Origin: an uncultured bacterium
Lineage (GTDB): Bacteria; JAGOEH01
Length of the DNA: 64,000 bases
Direction: 5' to 3'
Assembly (NCBI GenBank): GCA_964632485.1
Contig: CAZWDO010000002.1
Coordinates: 248,001 to 312,000, forward strand
The translations under genes and the position numbers were made by a program. Positions 40,135-54,734 of the stretch are shown here, piece after piece; the stretch's first letter is position 1; every line of letters starts with the position of its first letter. The notes below the pieces were generated by a model. It was not told the origin of the DNA. It worked only from the letters and a program-made list of their open reading frames with translations, and searched no databases.

Positions 40135-41574
40135 ATGATTCAACTCATCACCGATCAGCGCCGCTGGCTTGACGATATGAAAACCCCGGTAGCCGCATTT
40201 CATCAGTTCACCCGCGGATCCAATAGGTTTCTGCTTGAAAGTGTAGCCGGAAGCGGCCAACGTGGACGTTATTCTATTATTGGTTCTCAACCGATGCTGA
40301 TTTTTAAACATTTTAAGGATTATAGCGTTATCGAGGATAAATTGTTGGGGACAATAAAACAGTTAGAAGGCGATCCCTTCGATCATATCCGGCAAATCCT
40401 GACCCGCTATCAATTCCCTCTACAACAGCCTTTCGCCTGTGGGCTGCTCTGCGGATATCTTAGCTATGATACGATTCGTTATATAGAAAGGATTCCGGAT
40501 AAAAACCCCGAAGAATTAAATCTCCCTGAAATGATGTTGATAGTACCTTCTGAATTAATTGTATTCGATAACTATGACCATACCATCACTTTTTATCTAC
40601 ACCAATCAGCAGATAACTATTATAAGGAATTGATGCCGACTAAAATAGATAACTATATGAAAAATAGTGATTTCAATAATGAAATTTCAAGTAATTTATC
40701 AATTAATGATTTAGATGTTCAGTATGATCAGGTATTGACGGACTTCAATCATCGAGAATATTTTGAGCGGGTGGCGCGGGCAAAAGAATATATCCGTCAG
40801 GGAGATATATTCCAGGTCGTGTTATCACGCCGTTTTCGTAAAACAGTGAAAAGCGATTCTTTTCGAATTTATCGCTACTTACGTTATATAAATCCGTCCC
40901 CCTATCTTTTTTATTTTGAATTTGATGGATTCCAACTTGTTGGTTCTTCGCCGGAAACCATGGTCAATTATGATGGTCGAAAGGTATTGGTACGTCCGAT
41001 TGCAGGAACTCGTAAACGGGGTGAGAGTCAACAAGAGGATCGCCAGTTGGCGGCGGAATTGCTCAACGATGAAAAAGAGTTAGCGGAACATGTGATGCTG
41101 GTGGACCTGGCCCGTAATGATATGGGTCGGATTGCCCGTTATGGATCGGTAAAAGTGGATGAGTTTGAGAAAGTGGAACCCTATTCGCATGTAATGCATA
41201 TTGTATCGACCGTAACGGGTGAATTGCGTGAAAAATGTGATTGTGTGGATATTTTTCGGGCATGTTTTCCGGCGGGAACTGTCAGTGGGGCGCCCAAGAT
41301 ACGCGCGATGGAGATCATTGACGAACTGGAACCCGTACGACGGGGAATTTATGCCGGCGCTGTCGGCTATTTTGATTTTTCGGGTCGGATGGATACGTGT
41401 ATCGCCATTCGTACAATGGTACTAAAGGAGGGTATGGCGTATTGGCAAGCCGGTGGTGGAATTGTCGCTGATTCGGTTCCGACCAATGAATTAGCGGAAA
41501 CGGATAATAAAGGCCGCGCAATTTTAAAGGCTTTATTAATGTCGGAGGAGGAACCCCATGATTGTAATTATTGA
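40135..41574 (+). CDS. trpE: Anthranilate synthase component I
   Basis: FLLESV..GRYS, GDIFQVVLS, NPSPY, SSPE, PIAGTRKRG, KELAEHVMLVDLARND, PAGTVSGAPK. Start placed after AAGGA. Confidence 0.95.
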   Translation: MIQLITDQRRWLDDMKTPVAAFHQFTRGSNRFLLESVAGSGQRGRYSIIGSQPMLIFKHFKDYSVIEDKLLGTIKQLEGDPFDHIRQILTRYQFPLQQPFACGLLCGYLSYDTIRYIERIPDKNPEELNLPEMMLIVPSELIVFDNYDHTITFYLHQSADNYYKELMPTKIDNYMKNSDFNNEISSNLSINDLDVQYDQVLTDFNHREYFERVARAKEYIRQGDIFQVVLSRRFRKTVKSDSFRIYRYLRYINPSPYLFYFEFDGFQLVGSSPETMVNYDGRKVLVRPIAGTRKRGESQQEDRQLAAELLNDEKELAEHVMLVDLARNDMGRIARYGSVKVDEFEKVEPYSHVMHIVSTVTGELREKCDCVDIFRACFPAGTVSGAPKIRAMEIIDELEPVRRGIYAGAVGYFDFSGRMDTCIAIRTMVLKEGMAYWQAGGGIVADSVPTNELAETDNKGRAILKALLMSEEEPHDCNY

Positions 41575-42121
41575 TAACTATGATTCATTTACCTATAATC
41601 TGGTCCAGTTTTTGGGGAGTATGGGCCATGAAATTCGCGTTTTTCGCAACGATGAAATTACGTTAGGTGAATTGGAGCTGCTTAAATTCAGTCAACTGGT
41701 GATTTCCCCGGGACCGGGATGGCCAGCCCAGGCCGGTATTACAATTTCAGCGATTCGTCATTTCCGGGGCCGGGCGCCAATTCTTGGGGTTTGCCTGGGC
41801 CACCAGGCCATTGCAGAAGCTTATGGCGCCAAAATTATACTGGCGCCTGAAATCGTGCACGGTAAAGCATCGCCAGTCTTCCATCAGGAAAAAGGATTGT
41901 TCCGCCATCTTCCCAATCCACTCTTTGTCGGCCGCTATCATTCACTGGTCGTTGATGCCGAGACTCTACCCCCTGAGCTGGAAGTGATTGCGGTCACTGA
42001 CAATCAAATTCCAATGGCTATCCAACATAAAACGGATGCTGTGTTTGGCGTACAGTTTCATCCGGAATCGGCGCTAACCCCTCAAGGCTATCAATTGTTG
42101 CAAAACTTTGTGAATATGTAA
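41558..42121 (+). CDS. trpG: Anthranilate synthase component II
   Basis: IDNYDSFTYN, SPGPG, GVCLGHQ, RYHSL, QFHPES. Confidence 0.95.
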   Translation: MIVIIDNYDSFTYNLVQFLGSMGHEIRVFRNDEITLGELELLKFSQLVISPGPGWPAQAGITISAIRHFRGRAPILGVCLGHQAIAEAYGAKIILAPEIVHGKASPVFHQEKGLFRHLPNPLFVGRYHSLVVDAETLPPELEVIAVTDNQIPMAIQHKTDAVFGVQFHPESALTPQGYQLLQNFVNM

Positions 42122-42153
42122 TTAATGCTAATTTAAAACCCAGGGAGTAAACC

Positions 42154-43188
42154 ATGGAGTTTATAAGTTGTTTGAACCGCTTAATCAACCGCGAGCCGCT
42201 GAATCAGGAAGAAGCTTTTATAATGATGAAACGGATATTGGACGGTGAATTGAGTAGTGAACAGATTGCCGGTTTTTTGGTTGCGTTGCGGATAAAAGGT
42301 GAGACAATTGATGAATTGATTGGTTTTATTCGCGCCATGCGTTCCGCCGCTATTCACTTGCCGACAACTTTGGAAGCGGTGGATACATGCGGCACCGGCG
42401 GTGATCATTCCGCAACCTTTAATATTTCCACGGCGGCTGCGATTGTGGCGGCTGCCGCAGGCGTTCCCATCGCCAAACACGGCAATCGTTCGGTATCCAG
42501 TCAATGTGGCAGCGCCGATGTTTTGGAAGAACTGGGCGTAACGATACAAATTCCCCCGGATTGGGTCAGGAAATCTCTGGAAGAGTTAGGAATCGCTTTT
42601 TGCTTTGCGCCACTTTTCCATGGTTCAATGAAATATGCGGTAAAACCCCGAAAAGAACTGGGTATTCGGACGGTGTTCAATATGTTGGGTCCTCTGCTGA
42701 ATCCCTTCAATACCCGCCGCCAACTCACCGGAGTATATAATCGCCATATCCAGGAGCAGTATCGCGCTATTTTTCAAAAAATCGGTTGTGAACATGTGTT
42801 GATTATCCATAGCGCGGACGGGATGGATGAATTTAGTCTCAGTAGTGAAAATTATGTGGTTGAAATAACTGAGAATAGCTCCCGTGAACATGTCTGGACT
42901 CATAATGATATGAGTTTGCCTCCCATTTCCGCGGAATCCATTAAAGGCGGCAATCGACAGGTGAATGCCCGGATGATTCTCGAAATACTTCAGGGAATTA
43001 ACGGACCTCCGCGCCATATAGTGGTGGCGAATGCCGCGTTGGCAATCTATTGCGGCGCTATCGGCAATAAACCGGACCTGAAGGAAGCGCGTGAACGGGC
43101 TGAATCCGCCATTGATTCCGGCGCGGCTTTAGATTTGTTGAATCGGTTTATTACGTTCACCGGGAGCGCATCTCATGAATCGGCTTGA
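42154..43188 (+). CDS. trpD: Anthranilate phosphoribosyltransferase
   Basis: DTCGTGGD, FNIST, KHGNRSVSS..GSADVLE, RTVFN. Confidence 0.96.
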   Translation: MEFISCLNRLINREPLNQEEAFIMMKRILDGELSSEQIAGFLVALRIKGETIDELIGFIRAMRSAAIHLPTTLEAVDTCGTGGDHSATFNISTAAAIVAAAAGVPIAKHGNRSVSSQCGSADVLEELGVTIQIPPDWVRKSLEELGIAFCFAPLFHGSMKYAVKPRKELGIRTVFNMLGPLLNPFNTRRQLTGVYNRHIQEQYRAIFQKIGCEHVLIIHSADGMDEFSLSSENYVVEITENSSREHVWTHNDMSLPPISAESIKGGNRQVNARMILEILQGINGPPRHIVVANAALAIYCGAIGNKPDLKEARERAESAIDSGAALDLLNRFITFTGSASHESA

Positions 43189-43954
43189 CCCCATTCTTCA
43201 TTCACTACCTCAACGTCTGACCGCGATTCAGACCCGGCTGGATTATTACCGAGAGAATCTGCCGCCGGTTATCGCTTCATCGGGTTTCAAAGAAGCGATT
43301 AGCGGTCCCGGTTTGCGCATTATTGCTGAAATCAAAAAAGCCTCGCCCAGCGCGGGAGTCATCAGCCGGCAATTTGATCCGATAAAAATGGCTGATCTAT
43401 ATGAAAAAAACGGAGCCGCCGCTATTTCAGTCCTGACGGAACCGTACTTTTTCCAGGGATCGCTTGAAATTTTTCAAAGTGTCCGGGCCCGGACCTCTCT
43501 GCCATTGCTGCAAAAAGAATTTATTATCGATCCCGCCCAAATCTACGAGGCGCGTTATATTGGGGCTGATGCCATTCTGCTGATTGTTAAAATACTTGAC
43601 GATACCATGCTCCGTCAGCTATATTCCCTTGCCGCTGATTTAAACCTGGATAGTATAGTGGAAGTTCATGATGAACGGGAGCTGGAACGGGCGCTTAAAA
43701 TCGATCCGGAAATCCTGGCTATTAACAACCGGAATCTGAATGATTTTTCGGTCGACATGAGCGCTACTTTCAGGCTTTTCCCGTTGATACCCAATGATAA
43801 AATTGTTATTAGCGCCAGCGGCTATCACAGCCGGAACCAAATTGAATCCGCATTCAACTCGGGCATTCATACATTTTTAATTGGGGAGAGTTTGATGCGG
43901 ACTGACGGTAAAGATATTTCTTTACTTGAATTGCTCAACGGAGTAAATATCTAA
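43175..43954 (+). CDS. trpC: Indole-3-glycerol-phosphate synthase
   Basis: IAEIKKASPS, ISVLTE, GADAILLI, VEVH, INNRNL, LIGESLM. Confidence 0.94.
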   Translation: MNRLDPILHSLPQRLTAIQTRLDYYRENLPPVIASSGFKEAISGPGLRIIAEIKKASPSAGVISRQFDPIKMADLYEKNGAAAISVLTEPYFFQGSLEIFQSVRARTSLPLLQKEFIIDPAQIYEARYIGADAILLIVKILDDTMLRQLYSLAADLNLDSIVEVHDERELERALKIDPEILAINNRNLNDFSVDMSATFRLFPLIPNDKIVISASGYHSRNQIESAFNSGIHTFLIGESLMRTDGKDISLLELLNGVNI

Positions 43955-44583
43955 TGTGGACCAAAATTTGCGGTATCACGCGTATCGAGGACGCGCAAAG
44001 GGCGATTGAAGCCGGCGCCTCCGCGATTGGTTTTATTTTTGCATCTAGTCCCCGGCAAATATCAGAGGCCGCAGCTCATTCCATCAGCCAGCAATTACCG
44101 GTGAATATCGATCGGGTTGGAGTATTTATGGATAGTTCCTTGGAGAAAATTAATGCAATTGCTGAAAAAGTGGGATTAACGGTGATTCAATTGCATGGCC
44201 ATGAAGATTGGAATTCTGTCTCATTTTTAGCCCAGCGCTACCGTCTCCTTAAAACATGGAAAATTACTCCCCAGGGTGAGATTCCTCATCGCTATGAGGG
44301 AGATTGGTGGAAAATTCTGTTCGATACCGCAATTGCGGGGAAAGCCGGAGGTACCGGCCGAGTTTTCAGTCGAACTGTCCTCAACCANNNNNNNNNNCAA
44401 TTTGACCTGCACCGGGTGATTGTGGGTGGAGGCCTTAACCCTGATAATATCGGCGAACTGCTGGAGCAGTACCAGCCCTTTGGATTGGATATCGCATCCG
44501 GGGTGGAGTATTCCCCGGGATTAAAGGACCCGCAAAAAATCAAGCGTTTATTTCAAGCAATTTATAAAAAGGAGATGAAATGA
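43954..44583 (+). CDS. trpF: Phosphoribosylanthranilate isomerase (contains a 10-N gap)
   Basis: KICGIT, QLHG, GGTG, GGLNPDN, DIASGVE. Confidence 0.93.
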   Translation: MWTKICGITRIEDAQRAIEAGASAIGFIFASSPRQISEAAAHSISQQLPVNIDRVGVFMDSSLEKINAIAEKVGLTVIQLHGHEDWNSVSFLAQRYRLLKTWKITPQGEIPHRYEGDWWKILFDTAIAGKAGGTGRVFSRTVLNXXXXQFDLHRVIVGGGLNPDNIGELLEQYQPFGLDIASGVEYSPGLKDPQKIKRLFQAIYKKEMK

Positions 44584-45830
44584 ATATTGAATCGAGTCCA
44601 TTGCTTTCTGAAAGCGGATATTTTGGCGAGTATGGAGGCGCTTATATTCCAGAGGTTTTGTATGAAACCATCAAGCAACTGGAAGAGGCGTTTCGGCTGG
44701 CAGTGGCTGACCCTCTTTTCTGGAGTGAATTTTTAGAGGTATTGTGTAATTATGCCGGGCGGCCGACTCCGTTGACCTATCTTCCCAATTTGAGCGCTTC
44801 AATGGGGCATTCCCATATCTGGGTTAAACGCGAGGATTTAAATCATACGGGTTCGCATAAACTCAACAATGTAATCGGACAGGGATTAATTGCTAAACGT
44901 ATGGGAAAAAAACGGATCATTGCGGAAACCGGCGCCGGCCAGCACGGGATGGCTACGGCTACTATGGCCGCCCGATTGGGATTTGAATGTGTCATCTATA
45001 TGGGCGCTGAAGATGTTCAGCGTCAGTATCCGAACGTTTTTTGGATGGAGCAGTTGGGCGCCCGGGTGGTTGCTGTGGAAAGCGGAACGAAAACTCTGAA
45101 GGATGCTATCAACGAAGCGCTGCGTGATTGGGCGACTAATTATCCGACAACCCATTATGCGCTGGGTACGGCCTGCGGGCCCCATCCCTTCCCGACGATG
45201 GTCTCCTATTTTCAATCCATCATCGGCAGGGAAGCTCGGAATCAGATACTCGAACAGACCGGCAAATTGCCGCAACGGGTCTATGCCTGCGTTGGAGGCG
45301 GTTCCAATGCCGTCGGTATTTTCCAGGGATTTTTAAATGATGCGGTGGAACTTGTGGGCGTTGAAGCCGGGGGTGAAGGCATCGCAACCAATAATCATGC
45401 TTCACGGCTCGATTCCCCGCATGCTTCTGTGGGTGTTTCCCATGGCTATAAATCGGTTTTTCTGCAAAACTCTGAAGGCCAGATGAATGATACATACTCG
45501 ATTGCCGCTGGTCTCGATTATGTGGGAGTCAGTCCCATCATGGCTAATTGGCGCGATACCGGACGGGTCCGTTTTATTTCGACTACCGACGATGAAGTGA
45601 TCAACGCCTTGAAACTGGTCGTCCGCCATGAGGGTTTGATCCCAGCCCTGGAAAGCGCCCATGCCTTTGCCGGCGCCTTTCGTGAGGTTTCTCAACTCTC
45701 CGCGCAATCGCATATCATCATCAATCAATCGGGACGGGGAGACAAGGACTTATTCACTGTCGCCGATGCGCTTAATGATCCTCAATGGATTGAATTTGTC
45801 AAAGTAAGAGGAGGTTCTTATGACCATTAA
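44580..45830 (+). CDS. trpB: Tryptophan synthase beta chain
   Basis: KREDLNHTGSHKLNN, AETGAGQHG, CVGGGSNA, AGLDY, PALESAHA, SGRGDKD. Confidence 0.97.
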   Translation: MNIESSPLLSESGYFGEYGGAYIPEVLYETIKQLEEAFRLAVADPLFWSEFLEVLCNYAGRPTPLTYLPNLSASMGHSHIWVKREDLNHTGSHKLNNVIGQGLIAKRMGKKRIIAETGAGQHGMATATMAARLGFECVIYMGAEDVQRQYPNVFWMEQLGARVVAVESGTKTLKDAINEALRDWATNYPTTHYALGTACGPHPFPTMVSYFQSIIGREARNQILEQTGKLPQRVYACVGGGSNAVGIFQGFLNDAVELVGVEAGGEGIATNNHASRLDSPHASVGVSHGYKSVFLQNSEGQMNDTYSIAAGLDYVGVSPIMANWRDTGRVRFISTTDDEVINALKLVVRHEGLIPALESAHAFAGAFREVSQLSAQSHIIINQSGRGDKDLFTVADALNDPQWIEFVKVRGGSYDH

Positions 45831-46605
45831 TGATTATATTCAGGACAAACTGAAAACAAAAAAATTGACGTTGATGACTCATCTCATCGCCGGGTACCCC
45901 TCATTTGATGATAACTGGCGCGCTTTGGAAATCATGATCAAACGGGGAGTGGATTTGGTGGAAATCCAGATGCCATTTTCCGAACCCATGGCAGATGGCC
46001 CTTTGTTCGTAAAGGCGAATCAGGAATCGTTAAAAAATGGTACAAATTGGGATCGGTATTTTAAATTTTTCGCAAAAGCCGCGTCCACTTTTGATATTCC
46101 TTTTTTATTCATGGGATATTACAATTCAGTCTATCTTATGGGAGAGGATCGGTTTTTGGAACGTTTAACGCAAGTCGGCGGCAAGGGATTTATTATCCCC
46201 GATTTAGCGCTACCCGATGGAACTCCTTTTTTTCGCAAAGCCCTTCAAATTGAGTTGGCGCCGATTATGATTATTGCGCCCAACACAACCCCATCGCGTC
46301 TTGAAGAAATCATTTTTCAGGCCGGTGGTTTTTTATACCTGATGGCGCGGCGCGGCGTGACCGGCAACCTTACTGAATTTGATACCGATTTTGAAAAAAT
46401 TGTAACTAATTGTCGTCAATTGACCCATCTGCCGTTAGGTGTGGGATTCGGCTTGTCCACAGTCGATCAGTTGAAATTTTTGGTCGGTAAGGTGGAATTG
46501 GCGATTATCGGTTCCGCAATTTTAAAAAGTTGGATGGCGGGTGGAGAGAGAGCCCTGGATGAATTACTCGCCGGTTTTCAAACTATTTGTGAGAAAGGAA
46601 GTTAA
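45820..46605 (+). CDS. trpA: Tryptophan synthase alpha chain
   Basis: AGYP, EIQMPFSEPMADGP, MGYYN, GVTG, VGFG, IIGSA. Confidence 0.94.
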   Translation: MTINDYIQDKLKTKKLTLMTHLIAGYPSFDDNWRALEIMIKRGVDLVEIQMPFSEPMADGPLFVKANQESLKNGTNWDRYFKFFAKAASTFDIPFLFMGYYNSVYLMGEDRFLERLTQVGGKGFIIPDLALPDGTPFFRKALQIELAPIMIIAPNTTPSRLEEIIFQAGGFLYLMARRGVTGNLTEFDTDFEKIVTNCRQLTHLPLGVGFGLSTVDQLKFLVGKVELAIIGSAILKSWMAGGERALDELLAGFQTICEKGS

Positions 46606-46608
46606 TAT

Positions 46609-47616
46609 ATGTTGATCGTAATGCATGGACAATCTACTGAACAAGAGCGACAACAGGTTGTAAACCGGATTGAAGAATTGGGATTGAGGGCGCATATCAT
46701 TCCGGGTCCGACTCGCTCGGCTATTGGAATTACTGGCAATACCGGTCCTATCGATGAGAACCTGTTTAATGATCTCGCCGGGGTGGTTCAATCTATCCGG
46801 GTAACAAAACCCTATAAACTGGTCAGCCGTGAGATGCAACCTGCGGATACTGTGATAGATTTGGGTGATGGTGTTATTATAGGCGGAAATGAGCTGACAA
46901 TCATTGCCGGCCCTTGTTCCGTGGAATCCGAAGAACAGATGCAGACGATTGCTTCCGAGTTAACGGCTATGGGTGTACGGTTATTACGCGGGGGAGCTTA
47001 CAAACCCCGAACATCACCCTACGCATTTCAGGGGATGGGAGTAGATGGCATTAACGTGTTGAGTCGGATCAAACGTCAATTCGGTATGAAAACAGTTACC
47101 GAAGTGATTGATACTGAAACTTTGCCGCTGTTGGCTGAGCATGCCGATATTCTGCAGATCGGCGCGCGGAATATGTATAATTATTCACTGTTGAAAAAAG
47201 TGGGGCAATGTGGCAAACCCGTTTTACTTAAACGTGGATTATCTGCGACTCTGGAAGAATTTTTAATGGCGGCCGAATATATTCTATCTCATGGCAATTC
47301 ACAGGTAATTTTGTGCGAAAGAGGAATTCGCACTTTCAACGATTATTCACGCAATACGCTGGATATCAATATTATTCCTAAAGCGCGGGAAATTAGCCAC
47401 TTGCCCATTATCGTCGATCCCAGTCATGCTTCCGGGGACCGGCGCAGTGTGTTGCCGTTAGCGCGCGCAGCAATTGCCGCCGGCGCCCAGGGACTAATCA
47501 TTGAAGTTCATCATCGCCCGGATAAAGCCTTTTCTGATGGCGCTCAATCTATTTACCCCATGCAGTTAAAGGAACTTATCAAACAGGTTCGGCAAATTCA
47601 TGATTTAATCGTTTAA
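46609..47616 (+). CDS. aroF: DAHP synthase, type I-beta with N-terminal regulatory domain
   Basis: IAGPCSVES, KPRTSPYAFQG, QIGARNM, LKRG, CERGIRTF, DPSH, IEVH, SDG. Confidence 0.94.
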   Translation: MLIVMHGQSTEQERQQVVNRIEELGLRAHIIPGPTRSAIGITGNTGPIDENLFNDLAGVVQSIRVTKPYKLVSREMQPADTVIDLGDGVIIGGNELTIIAGPCSVESEEQMQTIASELTAMGVRLLRGGAYKPRTSPYAFQGMGVDGINVLSRIKRQFGMKTVTEVIDTETLPLLAEHADILQIGARNMYNYSLLKKVGQCGKPVLLKRGLSATLEEFLMAAEYILSHGNSQVILCERGIRTFNDYSRNTLDINIIPKAREISHLPIIVDPSHASGDRRSVLPLARAAIAAGAQGLIIEVHHRPDKAFSDGAQSIYPMQLKELIKQVRQIHDLIV

Positions 47617-47839
47617 CCCGGCTCGTATAGGCATTGAAAAGCGCTGCGCCCTATTAAAAATAGTTCTGTTCGGAAATCCGATAGCTTCTATCAGCTCTGA
47701 ATGGCGATCGACGCGTTAACGGGTGAAATTTATTTTTGTTGTTTTTTTGACGTTTCAGTATTATATTGCGAATGTGCAAATATCTAAGGTTGTCGTTTTA
47801 TTTTAGAGAATTTTATCAAAATAATTGCGGGGAGTATTT

Positions 47840-50800
47840 ATGCGCGGTTGTAGAAACAGAGCAATTATTTGCCGGTTTGTTATTCAGTGGTTATACAGTT
47901 TACTTTTTACAATAATTTGGGGGGGATTGACTTATTTTACTGCGGCAGCGAAACAACGAATAGAGACCCGTTTTATTTCCATCGGTAAAGCTGAGGGACT
48001 TTCTAATAGTATTATCTATTCAATCATTCAGGATTACAAAGGATTTATCTGGTTGGGCACGCAGGGTGGGCTTAACCGTTTCGATGGGTATAAAATGCTG
48101 GTTTTCCGGCATGATCCGCTCGATTCAACGACAATTGCCAGTAATAATGCCGGAAATTTATATTTAGATCGAACCGGTTATATCTGGATCGGCACTTGGG
48201 GCGATGGATTGGATCGATTTGATCCGATTACGTGTCGATCAATCCATTTCACTCATGATGAACAATCTGATAAAGGCCTCTGCTCCAACTGTGTACAAAC
48301 GATTCATCAGGATTTCAGAGGCAATCTGTGGATCGGTACGATTAACGGCCTTAATCGATTGGATACTCTCTCTCATAAACTCTGTTCGTTTTACTTTGGC
48401 AATCCCAAAGCTGATATTCCAGGCTTGAATCGTATTTGGAGCATCTGCGATACTCGGGATTCTCTGCTTTGGATCGGTACCGATTTAGGTCTTATCCTCT
48501 TCAATCCGATAACCGGCCAGCGGAAATTATTTCAACCAATGCCCCAATCTCCTGAGTATCTTGAAGCCAATCGAATTCGTAAAATATTTATCGATTGCCA
48601 TGGAACGGTTTGGATTGGTTCTCAGCAAGGATTATTTACATTTAATGAAAAGACGGGTCTTTTTTGCCCCACGATTTTTAATGATTTTTTTTCAGTCAAT
48701 CCCAATGATAAGTCAATTAACACTATTATTGAAACCGATAGTTTTCTGTGGGTGGGAACCAAACGCAACGGTTTATATCGTTATCACCCGCAAAGTGGAG
48801 AATTGACTTCATTTATTCATTCTTCAAGCGATCCCTATTCTATTCCCGAAAACGATATCAGAACTCTTTTACTCGATGCAACGGATGTTTTATGGATTGG
48901 TATGCATGATGGCGGAATCTGTAAAACTGACTTGAAAAAACCAAAATTCCAGAGTTTACAATTTGATTTGCATTTTTCTCTTACCTTGAACGATCAAGGC
49001 GTATGGTCCATCTTTGAAGATTCTCACGCTAATTTGTGGCTGGGTACTCGTTATGGGGGTATTAATTTCTGGAATCGCGCCCTGGATACCATTGTTTATT
49101 ATAAAAATGAATCCAAAAATCCTAATAGTTTGAGCGATAATGACATATTGAGTTTTTTTGAAGACCGTACCGGTACGCTTTGGGTTGGAACCGATCGGGG
49201 GTTTAATCGATATAATGCGAGTACCGATAATTTTACCCGCTTTTATCACGATCCTAATGACTCAACAACCATCAGCGGCAACAGCATTTATGACATTTGT
49301 GATGATTCGGCAGGATATTTGTGGTTAGCCACATATCGAACCGGTCTCAACCGCTTTAATACGCAAACCGGTCAATCTCTGCGTTTTTATGCCAATGAAT
49401 CTGATTCCAATAGCTTGTCGAATAATACGGTGTATTGCTTACTGCGGGATGCGGATGACTATATCTGGGTTGGCACTGAAAATGGTTTGAACCGGATGAA
49501 TCCTCAAACCCTGCAATTTGAAAATCAGGTTTTCAGTGATCATCGTACCTATCTTTTTAAAAATGAAAAGATAACCTGCCTTTGTCGCGCTGCCAATCAA
49601 TGCTTATGGATTGGTACTGCCAATGGTCTTTTTCAAATGGAAAGAAATTTCAATCAATTCACAAAATTTATCATCAAAGATGGTTTGCCGGGTTTGTTTA
49701 TTAAAGGGATTCTTGAAGATTCACTGGAAAATTTATGGATCACAACCGACAATGGATTATGGTTTTTGAATCCGAAAAGCGGGTTGTCTTTCAATTATAG
49801 CGCAAGTGATGGTTTGTTATCGTTGGAATTTTGCCAGAACGCAGCCATTCGCAGCCGGTCAGGCGAACTTTTTTTTGGAAATTTAAACGGTCTGAACTGG
49901 ATTCATCCCAATCAAATCCCCGATTATGAGTTTTCTTCACCTACTATATTGACTTCGTTTCGCATTTTTTCCCATGAGTATTTAACCGATTCGCTAATAT
50001 CTTATATAAAAGAAGTATCATTAGATTGGCGTGAAAATTCATTTTCTTTCGAATTTGTTACATTGGATTATGCGCTTGCGGAACGGAATTCCTACCGTTA
50101 CCGATTGGCTGGTTTCGAAAATGAATGGAGTGAAAGAAGCAGCCGCCGTTTCGCAAACTATACCAATGTTGCGCCCGGTAATTATATTTTCCAGGTGAAA
50201 AGTGTTAATAGCAGCGGTCAATGGGATAAACCCGTAAATCTGCTGACAATTCATATCCATCCTCCTTTTTGGAAAGAACTCTGGTTTCGCGTTTTGATGT
50301 TTTTACTGATTTTTTTAATTTTCTTTTCAGTTTATATTTTGCGGATTCGCTCCCTGCGCAATAAAGCTGAAAAATTGAGGATTATTGTCGAAGAACGAAC
50401 CCAGGAACTTCAGATTGCCAATGAAAAATTAGAAAAAATGGCCCGTACGGATCCACTGACAGGATTGTCCAATCGCCGCGATATATTGGAAAAGATCGAA
50501 TACCAACTGATGCAATTCAAACGGTACGGTCACCGCTTTACTATTTTAATTTGCGATCTTGATAATTTTAAATGCATCAATGATACTTATGGACATGATT
50601 GTGGTGATTATATTTTAGTTGAAGCCGTAAAAATAATCAAATCCAGATTGAGAGAACAGGATATAGTCAGCCGCTGGGGTGGAGAGGAATTTCTGATTCT
50701 GTTGAGTGATACTGATCTGTATGGGGGGCAGATAACAGCGGAACGGATTCGTATAGCCCTTGATACCTATATCTTTTATTATTGCAAACAGGAAATTCAT

Positions 50801-50947
50801 CTGACTATGACAATGGGATTGTGTGAATTTGTGCATCAAATAACCATTAGTGAATGCATTAAAAAAGCAGATGAAGCGCTTTATAAGGGAAAAGTGTCCG
50901 GCAAGAATCAGATTTGCCTTGCGGATACACCCAATAAGGTCACTTAA
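47840..50947 (+). CDS. Beta-propeller (Reg_prop) + Y_Y_Y sensor diguanylate cyclase
   Basis: Repeated D..G.LW.GT..GL units, YRYRLAGFENEW..YTNVAPGNY, TM, DPLTGLSN, REQD I-site and RWGGEEF. Confidence 0.92.
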   Translation: MRGCRNRAIICRFVIQWLYSLLFTIIWGGLTYFTAAAKQRIETRFISIGKAEGLSNSIIYSIIQDYKGFIWLGTQGGLNRFDGYKMLVFRHDPLDSTTIASNNAGNLYLDRTGYIWIGTWGDGLDRFDPITCRSIHFTHDEQSDKGLCSNCVQTIHQDFRGNLWIGTINGLNRLDTLSHKLCSFYFGNPKADIPGLNRIWSICDTRDSLLWIGTDLGLILFNPITGQRKLFQPMPQSPEYLEANRIRKIFIDCHGTVWIGSQQGLFTFNEKTGLFCPTIFNDFFSVNPNDKSINTIIETDSFLWVGTKRNGLYRYHPQSGELTSFIHSSSDPYSIPENDIRTLLLDATDVLWIGMHDGGICKTDLKKPKFQSLQFDLHFSLTLNDQGVWSIFEDSHANLWLGTRYGGINFWNRALDTIVYYKNESKNPNSLSDNDILSFFEDRTGTLWVGTDRGFNRYNASTDNFTRFYHDPNDSTTISGNSIYDICDDSAGYLWLATYRTGLNRFNTQTGQSLRFYANESDSNSLSNNTVYCLLRDADDYIWVGTENGLNRMNPQTLQFENQVFSDHRTYLFKNEKITCLCRAANQCLWIGTANGLFQMERNFNQFTKFIIKDGLPGLFIKGILEDSLENLWITTDNGLWFLNPKSGLSFNYSASDGLLSLEFCQNAAIRSRSGELFFGNLNGLNWIHPNQIPDYEFSSPTILTSFRIFSHEYLTDSLISYIKEVSLDWRENSFSFEFVTLDYALAERNSYRYRLAGFENEWSERSSRRFANYTNVAPGNYIFQVKSVNSSGQWDKPVNLLTIHIHPPFWKELWFRVLMFLLIFLIFFSVYILRIRSLRNKAEKLRIIVEERTQELQIANEKLEKMARTDPLTGLSNRRDILEKIEYQLMQFKRYGHRFTILICDLDNFKCINDTYGHDCGDYILVEAVKIIKSRLREQDIVSRWGGEEFLILLSDTDLYGGQITAERIRIALDTYIFYYCKQEIHLTMTMGLCEFVHQITISECIKKADEALYKGKVSGKNQICLADTPNKVT

Positions 50948-51009
50948 TATTTTCACAATTACTATAAAATGAAGCCGTTTTAACCCGGGAATACACATCC
51001 AGATAAATG

Positions 51010-51045
51010 AAAAAAGGCAGGTACCTACATGTACCTGCCTTTTTT
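51010..51045. terminator. Bidirectional intrinsic terminator between convergent genes
   Basis: AAAAAAGGCAGGTAC-ctacat-GTACCTGCCTTTTTT. Confidence 0.9.
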
Positions 51046-51085
51046 CCGCTAAGCGTATGCTGAATGAAATTAAGACTTAATCAGT

Positions 51086-54610
<3,525 letters not shown>

Positions 54611-54734
54611 AAAAATTGCTCCTTTATGGTTAAAATATTGACAAACCCGATAAATAATGAAAAATTCGGGTACCTATAATATATAATATCTGTTGGAAAA
54701 AGCAAGGCTAAAATCGATTGACAAGTCAATTTGA

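Noticed and set aside
39975-40172. 65-aa ORF and the extended trpE start at 40042
   Set aside because: Both run through the attenuator hairpins without an RBS. The real elements are the leader 39880-40008 and trpE at 40135.
44388-44397. Insertion in trpF
   Set aside because: N-gap; the flanks appear to overlap by CA, which would give a continuous LNQFDL.
47840-50300. CRISPR-like or DNA-level repeat array
   Set aside because: The periodicity is protein-level beta-propeller repeats, with no identical nucleotide repeats and spacers.
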